DNA of 64,000 bases from Mobula birostris (lineage: Eukaryota), in NCBI RefSeq assembly GCF_030028105.1, contig NC_092376.1, positions 60,188,935 to 60,252,934 of the forward strand, written 5' to 3'. A program made the translations under genes and the position numbers. The first letter of the stretch is position 1, and the number at the start of each line of letters is the position of its first letter. Shown here piece by piece: positions 49,192 through 60,382 of the stretch. A model generated the notes under the pieces. It was not told where the DNA came from. It saw nothing but the letters and a program-made list of their open reading frames with translations, and made no database searches.

Positions 49192-51333
49192 AATACACCA
49201 GTTAAAACCATCTCCCGCGTATGTGCTTTTATTTAATCGATACATAGTTGTGCACAGACACAACAAATTGGCGACAAGTACCAACCTGAACATCAGAGAA
49301 TATCACCATCTGCACTGACAGTTATGCGATGAAACAACGAGATTTAAACAGCACGAAAAGGCCATCACAGACGCTAACAGAGGAACGCGTAAGTAACAGT
49401 GAAAGACACGCTGAATTTAAAGTAAAAATGACGTGGCGATGCTTTCAGTTGGGAAAGTTGATAAATTTCTTAGCGCTAATGAAAGCTAGGAATTGTATAT
49501 CAAGAGGGTTGAACTGTGTTGTAACGCGAACAAAGTGGAGGAGCAAAAGAAAGCCCCTAGATTTCTGAGCTTAATGGGCCCAAGAACATACAGTCTCTTA
49601 GGCAACTTAATAACCCCTGCAAAGCCAGCAAGCAAGATGTTCGACAAAATTGTTACAATTTTACAAAATCACTTGAGTCCTAAACTGCTGGAAATAGCTG
49701 AGAGATTTAAATTTTACACAAGGAACCAGTCAAAAGATGAAAAGCCTTTCTGAATACGTTGCAGAACTGCACAAATTTTCCCAGTACTTTGACTTCAGAG
49801 ATGTACTTTCTGGTGCATTAAGGGACAGGCTTGTATGTGGCATGCACAGTTGAAGCACTCAAATGAGGCTACTGGCAGAAAGAGAGCTAACCATAGAATG
49901 GGCACTGGCCATTGCAATATCATTAGACAGTGCAGCAAATGATCAGCAGGACTACAGAAAAGGAAGTTGGAATGTGAAATGCACAGAATGTCCCTGAATG
50001 GTGCAAAAAGCCACTGTTATCCATGTGGCAAGTCCACCCATGATGCCACTGACTGTTGATTCAAAGAAAAAATCTGCAGAAAGTGTCACAGCCAAGGTCA
50101 CATAGAGAGAGTGTGTAAGGCAGACAGAGAGAACAACCAAGTGAGAAGTCTCAAAAACAAAACGAAGCAAGTGCATAAAGTTACTGAACGTAAAACAAAA
50201 TCCGACAACATAGAGTCTGACAAAGGTGAACTGTCGCGCCTGGAACTGCATAATATTACGGAAGCAAATCACTATGTACTGTAATATAGGTGTGTCTGGT
50301 GTAACACTGACAGTGGAGCTGGATACAGTGTCAGCTTTGTCTGTAATTCCAGAGGCTGGCCACAACAGACTGTTTTCTAAGATACCATTAGAGAAGACGT
50401 CGGTGATGCTAAAGGCCTGCACAGGTGAAAAAGTGTCCTCCAAAGGCAAACTGAAAGTGAGGGTGATGTATGGAGGCCAAACAGAGCAGTGAGCTTTAGG
50501 TATTGAAAAGTGGAGGAACAGCACTTTTCAGATGTGAATGGTTTTGAAAATTTCAACCAGACTGGCACTCAATCAAAGCTCTCAGTGTGACATCAATGGG
50601 CAATGGTAACCTAAATGATAGTGGCAACCAGAGACTGGTAGAGCTGCTTAATGCTAATGAGGAGGTATTTGAGAAAGGGATTGGTAAACTCAAAGGCCTG
50701 GAGGCCAGAATTGAACTCGATGAAGCAGCAACTCCAAGAATCCATAAAGCGTGCCCAGTGCCTTATGCATTACGTCCCAAAGTGGATGCTGAACTTCAGA
50801 ACTTAGAGGCATCTGGCACTGTCTCCAAGGTTGAATGGAGTGGTCGGGTCATGCCCATCGTCTGGGTGATCAAGAAAGGAAAGGCTGGAGCTGTTCGTAT
50901 ATGTGGGGATTTCAAAGTGAGCATCAACCTGGTGCTGTGTACTGTGCAGCATCCCCTGTCACAAATAGAAGACTTTTTTGCATCTTTAGCAGATAGGGAG
51001 AGGATTTCAAAGATTGACTTGTCACAAGCCTATCTGCAAATGGAGATTGAGGAGTTAAGCAGGGAGTTCTTCATAATCAGCACTCACAAAGGACTGTTCT
51101 AGTATAATTGTCTTATCTTTGGCATCCCATCAGCTCCAGCAATTTGGCCAAGATATCCTAGGAACACAATGTTACCTTGATGACATCATTGTGACTGGTA
51201 AAAATGATGAAGAGCACCTCCAGAACCTTCACAAAGTGCTTACCAGGCTGAGTGAGTATGGTCTGCACGCAAAGAGAGAGAATGTGAGTTTTTCAAGAAT
51301 GAAATCTCATATTGTAGACATGTCATTAACAAG

Positions 51334-52315
51334 TGCAAACATGAGGAAATCTGCAGATGCTGGAAATTCGAGCAACACACACAGCATCCATAAGAAAAAA
51401 ACACAGTCGACATTTCGGGCCGAGACCCTTTATCAGGATTAACTGAAGTCTAGTGTGATATACTGCGTCCAGTGCTCCTGGTGCGGCCTTCTATACATTG
51501 GTGTCACCTGTGAGTCAGCTGGTGTGATATATTGCGTCCGGTCCTCCCGCTGCAGCCTCCTATATATTGGTATCACCTGTGAGTCGGCTGGTGTGATATA
51601 CTGCGTCTGGTGCTCCCTTCTATATATTGGGGAGACCCGACGCAGACTAGGAGACTGTTTTGCTGAACACCTACGCTCCTGTCTCCCAGAGAAAGCAGGA
51701 TCTCCCAGTGACCACACATTTTATTTCCACGTCCCATTCCCATTCTGATATGTCAATCCATGGCCTCCTCAACTGTCAAAATGAAGTCACACTCAGGTTG
51801 GAGGAACAACACCTTATATTCTGTCTGGGTAGCCTCCAACCTGATGGCATGAACATTGACCTCTCTAACTTCCGTTAATGCCCCTCCTCCCCTTCTTACC
51901 CCATTTCTTATTTATTTATTTATTTATCTATCTATCTATCTATTAATTAATTAATTAATTCCCCCTTTTTTTCTCTCTCTGTCCCTCTCACAATAACTCC
52001 TTGCCTGCTGTCCATCTTCCTCTGGTGCTCCCCTCCACCCTTCTCTCTCCCTAGGCCTCCCATCCCATGATCCTCTCCCTTCTCCAGCCTTGCATCCCTT
52101 TTGCCAATCGACTTTCCAGCTCTTAGCTCCATCCCTCCTCCTCCTGTCTTCTCCTGTCATTTCGGATCTCCCCCCCCCACTCCCACTTTCAAATCTCTAA
52201 CTATCTCTTCTTTCAGTTAGTCCTGACAAAGGGTCTCAGCCCGAAACGTCGACTGTGTTTTTTCCTATGGATGCTGTCTGGCCTGCTGCGTTCCACCAGT
52301 ATTTTGTGTGTGTTG
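51334..52315. mobile_element. Inverted PLE insertion within the Gypsy RT
   Basis: Perfect 14-bp TSD ATGTCATTAACAAG (51320-33, 52316-29). A short tailed minus arm (51334-51448) precedes a plus arm with GIY-YIG remnants that ends TGTGTTG. Hammerhead variants at about 51405-51440 (-) and 52219-52254 (+). Confidence 0.9.
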
Positions 52316-52840
52316 ATGTCATTAACAAGCATAGCTTATATAAGTCACAAGAGTAGACTGAAGCAGTGCTACAGGGACCCAAACTGGAAAATGTGTCACA
52401 ACTCAGGTCATACGTGGGCCTTGCAAACTGCTATCACCGGTTTCTCCCAAACATTGCAACAGTGCTGTATCCATTGAACGCACTGTTACAGAGAGGAGCA
52501 AAATGAGAATGGTCAGAAAGATGTGAAAGAGCATTCAAGGAAACAAAAAGACTAATTACATGCAATAAGCTGCTCACCTATTATGAACCATCTCTGCCCA
52601 TCAGACTGGCGTGCAATGTATTCCGTTATGGCATTGGAGCCGTTTTGTTACGGATTATGAAAGATGGATCTGAATGCCCATTTGCATTTTCTTCAAGATC
52701 ACTGAGGAGCGCAGAACACAACGGTGCACAGATCAACTGAGAGACCCTTAGTCCAGGCCCTTATGCTGTAGAAAAATGGCATCAGACATTTCAATCAGCT
52801 CCTTGCCACCCATCAATGAACGGGCTGGCTGAAAGGTTTA

Positions 52841-55482
52841 GAAACATAGAAACATAGAAAATAGGTGCAGGAGTAGGCCATTCGGCCCTTCGAGCCTGCA
52901 CCGCCATTTATTATGATCATGGCTGATCATCCAACTCAGAACCCCGCCCCAGCCTTCCCTCCATACCCCCTGACCCCCGTAGCCACAAGGGCCATATCTA
53001 ACTCCCTCTTAAATATAGCCAATGAACTGGCCTCAACTGTTTCCTGTGGCAGAGAATTCCGCAGATTCACCACTCTCTGTGTGAAGAAGTTTTTCCTAAG
53101 GTCCTAAAAGGCTTCCCCTTTATCCTCAAACTGTGGCCCCTCGTTCTGGACTTCCCCAACATCGGGAACAATCTTCCTGCATCTAGCCTGTCCAATCCCT
53201 TTAGGATTTTATACGTTTCAATCAGATCCCCCCTCAATCTTCTAAATTCCAACCAGTACAAGCCCAGTTCATCCAGTCTTTCTCCATATGAAAGTCCTGC
53301 CATCCCAGGAATCAATCTGGTGAACCTTCTTTGTACTCCCTCTATGGCAAGGATGTCTTTCCTCAGATTAGTGGACCAAAACTGCACACAATACTCCACG
53401 TGTGGTCTCACCAAGGCCTTGTACAACTGCAGTAGTACCTCCCTGCTCCTGTACTCGAATCCTCTCGCTATAAATGCCAGCATACCATTCGCCTTTTTCA
53501 CCGCCTGCTGTACCTGCATGCCCACTTTCAATGACTGGTGTATAATGACACTCAGGTCTCGTTGCACCCCCCCTTTTCCTAATCGGCCACCATTCACATA
53601 ATAATCTGTTTTCTTATTTTTGCCACCAAAGTGGATAACTTCACATTTATCCACATTAAATTGCATCTGCCATGAATTTGCCCACTCACCCAACCTATCC
53701 AAGTCACCCTGCATCCTCTTAGCATCCTCCTCACAGCTAACACTGCCACCCAGCTTCGTGTCATCCGCAAACTTGGAGATGCTGCATTTAATTCCCTCAT
53801 CCAAGTCATTAATATATATTGTAAACAACTGGGGTCCCAACACTGAGCCTTGCGGTACCCCACTAGTCACCGCCTGCCATTCTGAAAAGGTCCCGTTTAT
53901 TCCCTCTCTTTGCTTCCTGTCTGCCAACAAATTCTCTATCCACATCAATACCTTACCCCCAATACCATGTGCTTTAAGTTTGCACACTAATCTCCTGTGT
54001 GGGACCTTGTCAAAAGCCTTTTGAAAATCCAAATATACCACATCCACTGGTTCTCCCCTATCCACTCTACTAGTTACATCCTCAAAAAATTCTATGAGAT
54101 TCGTCAGACATGATTTTCCTTTCACAAATCCATGCTGACTTTGTCTGATGATTTCACCGCTTTCCAAATGTGCTGTTATCACATCTTTGATAACTGACTC
54201 CAGCAGTTTCCCCACCACCGACGTTAGGCTAACCAGTCTATAATTCCCCGGTTTCTCTCTCCCTCCTTTTTTAAAAAGTGGGGTTACATTAGCCACCCTC
54301 CAATCCTCAGGAACTAGTCCAGAATCTAACGAGTTTTGAAAAATTATCACTAATGCATCCACTATTTCTTGGGCTACTTCCTTAAGCACTCTGGGATGCA
54401 GATCATCTGGCCCTGGGGATTTATCTGCCTTCAATCCCTTCAATTTACCTAACACCACTTCCCTACTAACATGTATTTCGCTCAGTTCCTCCATCTCACT
54501 GGACCCTCTGTCCCCTACTATTTCTGGAAGATTATTTATGTCCTCTTTAGTGAAGACAGAACCAAAGTAATTATTCAATTGGTCTGCCATGTCCTTGCTC
54601 CCCATAATCAATTCACCTGTTTCTGTCTGCAGGGGACCTACATTTGTCTTTACCAGTCTTTTCCTTTTCACGTATCTATAAAAGCTTTTACAGTCAGTTT
54701 TTATGTTCCCTGCCAGTTTTCTGTCATAATCTTTTTTCCCCTTCCTAATTAAGCCCTTTGTCCTCCTCTGCTGAACTCTGAATTTCTCCCAGTCCTCAGG
54801 TGAGCCACTTTCTCTGGCTAATTTGTATGCTTCTTCTTTGGAATTGATACTATCCCTAATTTCTCTTGTCAGCCACGGGTGCACTACCTTCCTTGATTTA
54901 TTCTTTTGCCAAACTGGGATGAACAATTGTTGTAGTTCATCCATGCAATCTTTAAATGCTTGCCATTGCATATCCACCGTCAATCCTTTAAGTGTCATTT
55001 GCCAGTCTATCTTAGCTAATTCACGTCTCATACCTTCAAAGTTACCCCTCTTTAAGTTCAGAACCTTTGTTTCTGAATTAACTATGTCACTCTCCATCTT
55101 AATGAAGAATTCCACCATATTATGGTCACTCTTATCCAAGGGGCCTCTCACGACAAGATTGCTAATTAACCCTTCCTCGTTGCTCAAAACCCAATCCAGA
55201 ATAGCCTGCTCTCTAGTTGGTTCCTCGACATGTTGGTTCAAAAAACCATCCCGCATACAATCCAAGAAATCCTCTTCCTCAGCACCTTTACCAATTTGGT
55301 TCACCCAATCTACATGTAGATTGAAGTCACCCATTATAACTGCTGTTCCTTTATTGCACACATTTCTAATTTCCTGTTTAATACCATCTCCGACCTCACT
55401 ACTACTGTTAGGTGGCCCGTACACAGCTCCCACCAGCGTCTTCTGCCCCTTAGTGTTACGCAGCTCTACCCATATCGATTTA
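52841..55482 (-). mobile_element. Young 5'-truncated CR1 LINE (ORF2: partial APE endonuclease plus RT)
   Basis: ORF 53067..55568 has GDFN, SDH, YLDFQKAFDKV, SGVPQGSVLGPQLF and KFADD. The 3' tail is (TTTCTATG)n at 52841-52860. It interrupts the Gypsy integrase at a TTTA microhomology/TSD. Confidence 0.95.
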
Positions 55483-56499
55483 TCCAAACCTTCAAGCACA
55501 GGGTGGACAACTTCCTGTTTGTGTATCGGATTCGGAACTCTGTTCACGCAATGACAAATTCTGTTCATGAACAGGAATCTGAGATCTCACACAGACCTCC
55601 TGAAATCAGATCTATGGAGGGAAATACAGAATACAGAGGAAGTCCTAGCACGTGATTACCGAGAAGACAAATGGACACCCAGTCGGATAGCTGCAAGAAC
55701 TCTCACTGACAGCAAAGTGACACTGTAAACCAAGAACATGGTCTTAGACAAGGCACCTACCAAATCTGAGTGATGTCACTCCACAGCTCCAGAGGTGCGA
55801 CAAGAACATTATTGTTTGACAGAACTCCCTCTCTCTCTCACACACATCAGCAATGAGAATACACCAGTTAAAGCCATCTCTCGGGTGCGTGCTTCTATTC
55901 AATTAATATGTAGTTGTGTACAGACACAACATTCATGATCAACCTCTCAAAGCACTTCATTACAGTGGATGTAAATGCTACTTCATAAGACCATAAGATA
56001 TAGGAGCAGAATTAGGCCATTTGGTCCATCGAGTCGACTCCGCCATTTCATCATGCCCGATCCAACTTCCCTCTCTGTGCCTTCTCCCAGTGTCCTTTCA
56101 TGCCCTGACCTATCAAGAATCTACCAACCTCTGCCTTAAATATGCATAAAGACTTGAATGATAGTCTTTGAGGTCTCGTTTAAACAGTGCATGAAGCCTT
56201 GGACAGGTAGGTTGGAGGGATGGAAAATTAAAGTATCAGGTTGATGTAAACTCAGAGTATGGATGGAACTCAGGTGTTCCGAAGGAGTAGTCGTCCGTTG
56301 GAACTTCTGCCTCTCTGTTTCACTCCCCAGCTGATCGTTTCCAGCATTTTTTGTCTTTATTTCAGTTTTCCAGGATTATATTTTGTTTTTGATTTACAAT
56401 TAACGCTCCCAGAGTATAAGATCCATAGAGCTGCTTAAAGCACAACCTGCTGAAAAGCAATAGCTGTTGCCAGAGCGTTACCCTGCGTGAAGCAGGTGT

Positions 56500-56900
56500 G
56501 GAGAATGCAGCTGTTTTTTCCCTGCCCCCTATTGATTGGTCAGTGGGAGATTTAGCCGCGATCTGATTGGCTACTGGGGAGGACAGAAGGGCGGGTGTTT
56601 CTGTGGCTCGATGAGCGCGCGTGCGCGCTGAGTGACTTTAACTGCGTTTTTAAAATCGGACCGAGAGCAGGAATGGTCAGGTAGTTGTGGTTGGTGGCAG
56701 AGATCTTTAAGTTTAATGCCGTTCCCTCGCCGTGTCCGTCAGATAACTGGTTGAAGGTGAGAGGCTTGCAGACGCGGTGGGGTGAGGGTGACTGGCGGTT
56801 CTGGATGGGCGAGGAGGGAGCGAATGGCCCGGACAGAGTGGCCGGTCACTCGGTCGTGAAGGTACTGTACTGCTTACCCAGGTGCGGAGATGTCGTCGGA
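56500..56900 (+). promoter_or_regulatory. CpG-rich promoter and probable non-coding first exon of USP35
   Basis: Two inverted CCAAT boxes (56535, 56566), GC box GGGCGG at 56589, GCGCGCGTGCGCGC (NRF1-like) at 56615, and candidate donors such as CAG|GTAGTT at 56681. Confidence 0.65.
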
Positions 56901-57351
56901 ATGCTGCGGGGACAGCACAGGCATACTTCAGATTAAATTTAAACTTTCATTTTAAAAAAGGCCCCGTGAAATGTTAAAATCAGAATTAGTTCATCAATAT
57001 GATAGTAATTTCGGCATCAAGACAACGCCGTTAGTCTCGCAGTTGTTTTTAGCTCCTTTGATTTTACATTTTCCTTTAGTGTCACCCATCAAAAATCCTC
57101 ATGAAAATGGTAGCGCATCTACCCTTACAATCTATTCCCTCATCATCAGTCACTCCTTAAGCGAAGCTATCCAATGGGATGTAGCCTCTCAAGTTTGTGT
57201 CCATGTTATTTTTCACTTCCAACTTTAATCGGCGAGGGGAAAAAAAAGTTAGCCTTCATAGATGCTGTTTGCCTTGCCCAGTATTTCTAATATTTTCAAG
57301 AATGCCAGCCCCTATATAGAAAGACATTTATAGTTGTAGTTTTTTAACCCA

Positions 57352-58286
57352 TTGACTTGCTTACAGTTCCTGACAGTGTTGTTGATGCTGCTATCATTTT
57401 AATGCAATTTCCTCCATCTGATGACTAGTGATCTAATTCTAGTCTTGTGATTACCCTTTAGTGTCTGTGAATCTGTCTGCAGACTTTCTCTCCCTGTACC
57501 TCTCCTTCCATCTTTAAGACATTCCTTAAAACGCTTCAGGTCATGTTCTTTTATCTTCGCTCCCACTCAGAACGTTTTGTTTGCTGATTACTGAATGGTC
57601 TTGTCACCAACTTCAAGACTTCAGTGTGTGATTATGTGCCTTTTGAGAATATACTGAGTTCTCTCAAACCAGAATTCCCAGATAAAGCAGTATGCTAAGG
57701 TTTAGATCAGTGATCTTCAAGACTGGAATGCCAGAATCTTTTGAGAACTTTGGGTTTAACTTGGAGAAGGTCATCATGAGAACAAAGGTAATTTTGTATG
57801 AAGTTAGTGAACCAATTGGATGCACAACTGTGGCAGGGTTTACGTGCCATTATTTCCTATAAATTGAAACTAACAGCATAAATGACAATGGTGCCTCACT
57901 GCCCAATAATTCAGTGGGTTTTATGCACACTTGAAAAGAAGGACACCATGACACTGCAAATCCACAAGCACCCAGTGATCCTGTGTCTTAGAAATTAATG
58001 TCAGAACATCCTCTGTTACTAAACCTTTGCAAGGTGTCAGGCCCCAAATGTCTACTTTGCTGGATGTCTTCAACCTCTCTCTACTGTGGTCTGAATGCCT
58101 GCCCCTATATGGAAAGAATTAATAAAATCAATTGGGACACTTGTAATTATTATACTTTTTGGCTTGCTTATGGTTTCTAACACTGTTGTTGATGTTACTA
58201 TCATTTTAATGCAATTTCCTTCATTTGGTAACTACTTGTTATCTAATTGTGGTCTTGGATTGCCCTTCAGTGCCTGTGAATTTGTC
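57352..58286. repeat. Diverged ~126-bp direct repeat pair (57352-57477 and 58159-58286)
   Basis: Shared core TGTTGTTGATG(C/T)T(G/A)CTATCATTTTAATGCAATTTCCT...ATCTAATT...GTCTTG...CCCTT(T/C)AGTG(T/C)CTGTGAAT(C/T)TGTC. Confidence 0.75.
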
Positions 58287-59696
58287 CCTAAAGAGCAGCA
58301 ATCATACTGGTACCCAAGAGGAGGAGAGTGAAATGCCTCAATTGGCTATCTCTTAGTCACTGTCACCTCAACTGTCGTGAAGTACTTCAAGGCTGGGTAT
58401 GTCCAGAATTAACTCCTGCCTGAGCAAGGATCTGCACCTTCTGCAGTTTGCCGATTGCTACAGCAGGTCTTCGAGGCCCTCTGTTGGTAAGGGTCAATCC
58501 TGGGTTTGGATCACAGCTGTCTACGTGATGCGCCAGCTAGGGCAGTACAACGTGGAGTGCAAGACTTTGCCCCCCCCCTCCCCCCGGCATGCAGCTGATG
58601 AATCCAAAGTAATGGCATTAAACCTGATTCTGACTCTAATCACATCCTTGTATAGAGGCTCTACTGCAAAGGATTGCAAATGGCTGCAGAAAGTTGTAGA
58701 CTCCGAGAGCTCCATGAGCATGGCCCTCCTCATTATAAAAGACACTTTCAAGAAGGTGACATTCATCACTGGGACATGCCCTCCTCATATTACTATCATC
58801 AAGGAGAAGGTACAAGAACCTGAAGACCCACACAACAATTTATGAACAGCTCTTTCCCCTCTGCCATGTGATTTCTTGGTGGTCCATAAACTCTAACTCA
58901 TTATTCCTTTTGTTCTTGCACTTAAGTTACAAATTAAACTAGAGTAGTTCTTTTTCTTTGCACTCTGTCCTAAAGTGTTAGCTATTTCCAGCATGAAAAT
59001 GAGTTGCTTCTACTCGTTCTCTGGATTCTGAGGTGATCTGCAAATTTTGCTGCAGGTTGTAACTGATGGTATGTTTCTTGCGCCACTTTAACTAGTTTGT
59101 TGCATGCTTGTGAAAGGGAATCTTAAGATTCTCAATACCAGTTCAGATGCTTTTCTCCATTTTGGTTAGTTATGGGTCAGGGATACCTGAGACAGTCGGG
59201 ATGTATTTATCAAGGGGGCTTTGAACATCCTTGAAGCACAGGATTTTTTTGGATTCCTATTTGAAAGTATAACATAATGCTGAATATATTTACAAATGAA
59301 TCAATGATTTTAAGTTTTGGTATTGGCTGGTTCTATGTTTAACTTTAACTTGCTGTCATTTTCTGATTCTCATTTCTTGTCTTAATGGCAGGAGTCCATT
59401 GCTGAGAGCTAGCTTATGCTCAATCTTGTCAATCCCCTTCCATTGCATGTTTCCTTGCAAGCTATTCTCTCTAATACATACACCCACTAACACTAAAGAT
59501 GATTTCCAGTAAGCATATCTTGATCACGTTGGAGGAAACTGGGATGTACAATGGCTACCGGTACCATTACAGTGAGAACATGTAAACTCTATGCAGCAAT
59601 GGAGGTTCAGATCAAAACCTGGTCACTGGAGCTCTGAGGCATTAGCACTACTTGCTGTACAGCTATGCTGTTGATATTCTTTTCGAACAATGCTAT

Positions 59697-60382
59697 GATT
59701 AGATTATGAGGACACGCAGTCCTCTTTTATTAGAATATGAGGACATGCAGTCCTCTTTTATTGTCATTTAGTAATGCATGCATTAAGAAATGATACAATT
59801 TGTTCCTCCAGAATGATATCACAGAAACACAAGACAAACCAAGACTAAAAAAACTGACAAAAACCACATAATTATAACATATAGTTACAACAGTGCACGC
59901 AATACCATAATTTGATAAAAGAACAGACCATGGGCACATTTAAAAAAAAAATCTCAAAGTCTCTCGAAAGTCCCATCATCTCACGCAGACGGTTGAAGGA
60001 AGAAAACTCTTCCTGCCATGAGCTTCCAGTGCTGCAAACTTGCCGATGCAGCATCCTGGAAGCACCTGACCACAGTACGACTCCGTCCAAAAACTTTGCG
60101 CCTCCGACCAGCTCTCCGACACCGAGCACCATCTCTGCCGAGCGCTTCAACCCCGGCCCCAGCAACAGGCAATAGGCAAAGCCGAGGATTTGGGGCCTTC
60201 CCCTCCGGAGATTCTCGATCACACAGTAGCAGCGGCAGCGAAGCAGGCATTTCAGAAGTTTCTCCAGGTGTTCCTCCATGCTTCTCATGGCTGTCTCCAT
60301 CAAATCAGGATTGTGCACAGCATCCTACTTCACAAATATATCAATTCGGAGCGGCCGCGTGCGCCGCCTTCTCCTCCCCCTC
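59697..60382 (-). mobile_element. Unclassified GC-rich non-autonomous retroelement with a duplicated 3' terminus
   Basis: CpG-rich body starting ...GAGAAGGCGGCGCACGCGGCCGC on the minus strand. The terminal AATAAAAGAGGACTGC(G/A)TGTCCTCATA is present twice in tandem (about 59702-59762). Confidence 0.5.

Larger units (their letters stand above)
47347..55931 (+). mobile_element. Degenerate Ty3/Gypsy LTR retrotransposon with three nested insertions
   Basis: TG...CA ends with a 5-bp TSD TTCAT (47342-46 / 55932-36). The 5' LTR ends at 49265, followed by PBS-like TGGCGAC at 49269. Remnants follow in Gypsy order: gag (AERFKFYTRNQ), protease (ELDTVSALSVI), RT (KIDLSQAYLQ, YLDDIIVTG), RNase H, integrase (NGLAERF|IQTFK). 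A partial 3' LTR lies at about 55830-55931. Confidence 0.88.

Noticed and set aside
51455-51635. CRISPR-like or novel Cys-rich repeat protein
   Set aside because: The units are contiguous tandem copies of the PLE GIY-YIG coding segment with no unique spacers, in a vertebrate context.
54823-55554. 243-aa plus-strand ORF (also 53320..53601 and 53620..54024)
   Set aside because: These are antisense shadow ORFs of the CR1 ORF2.
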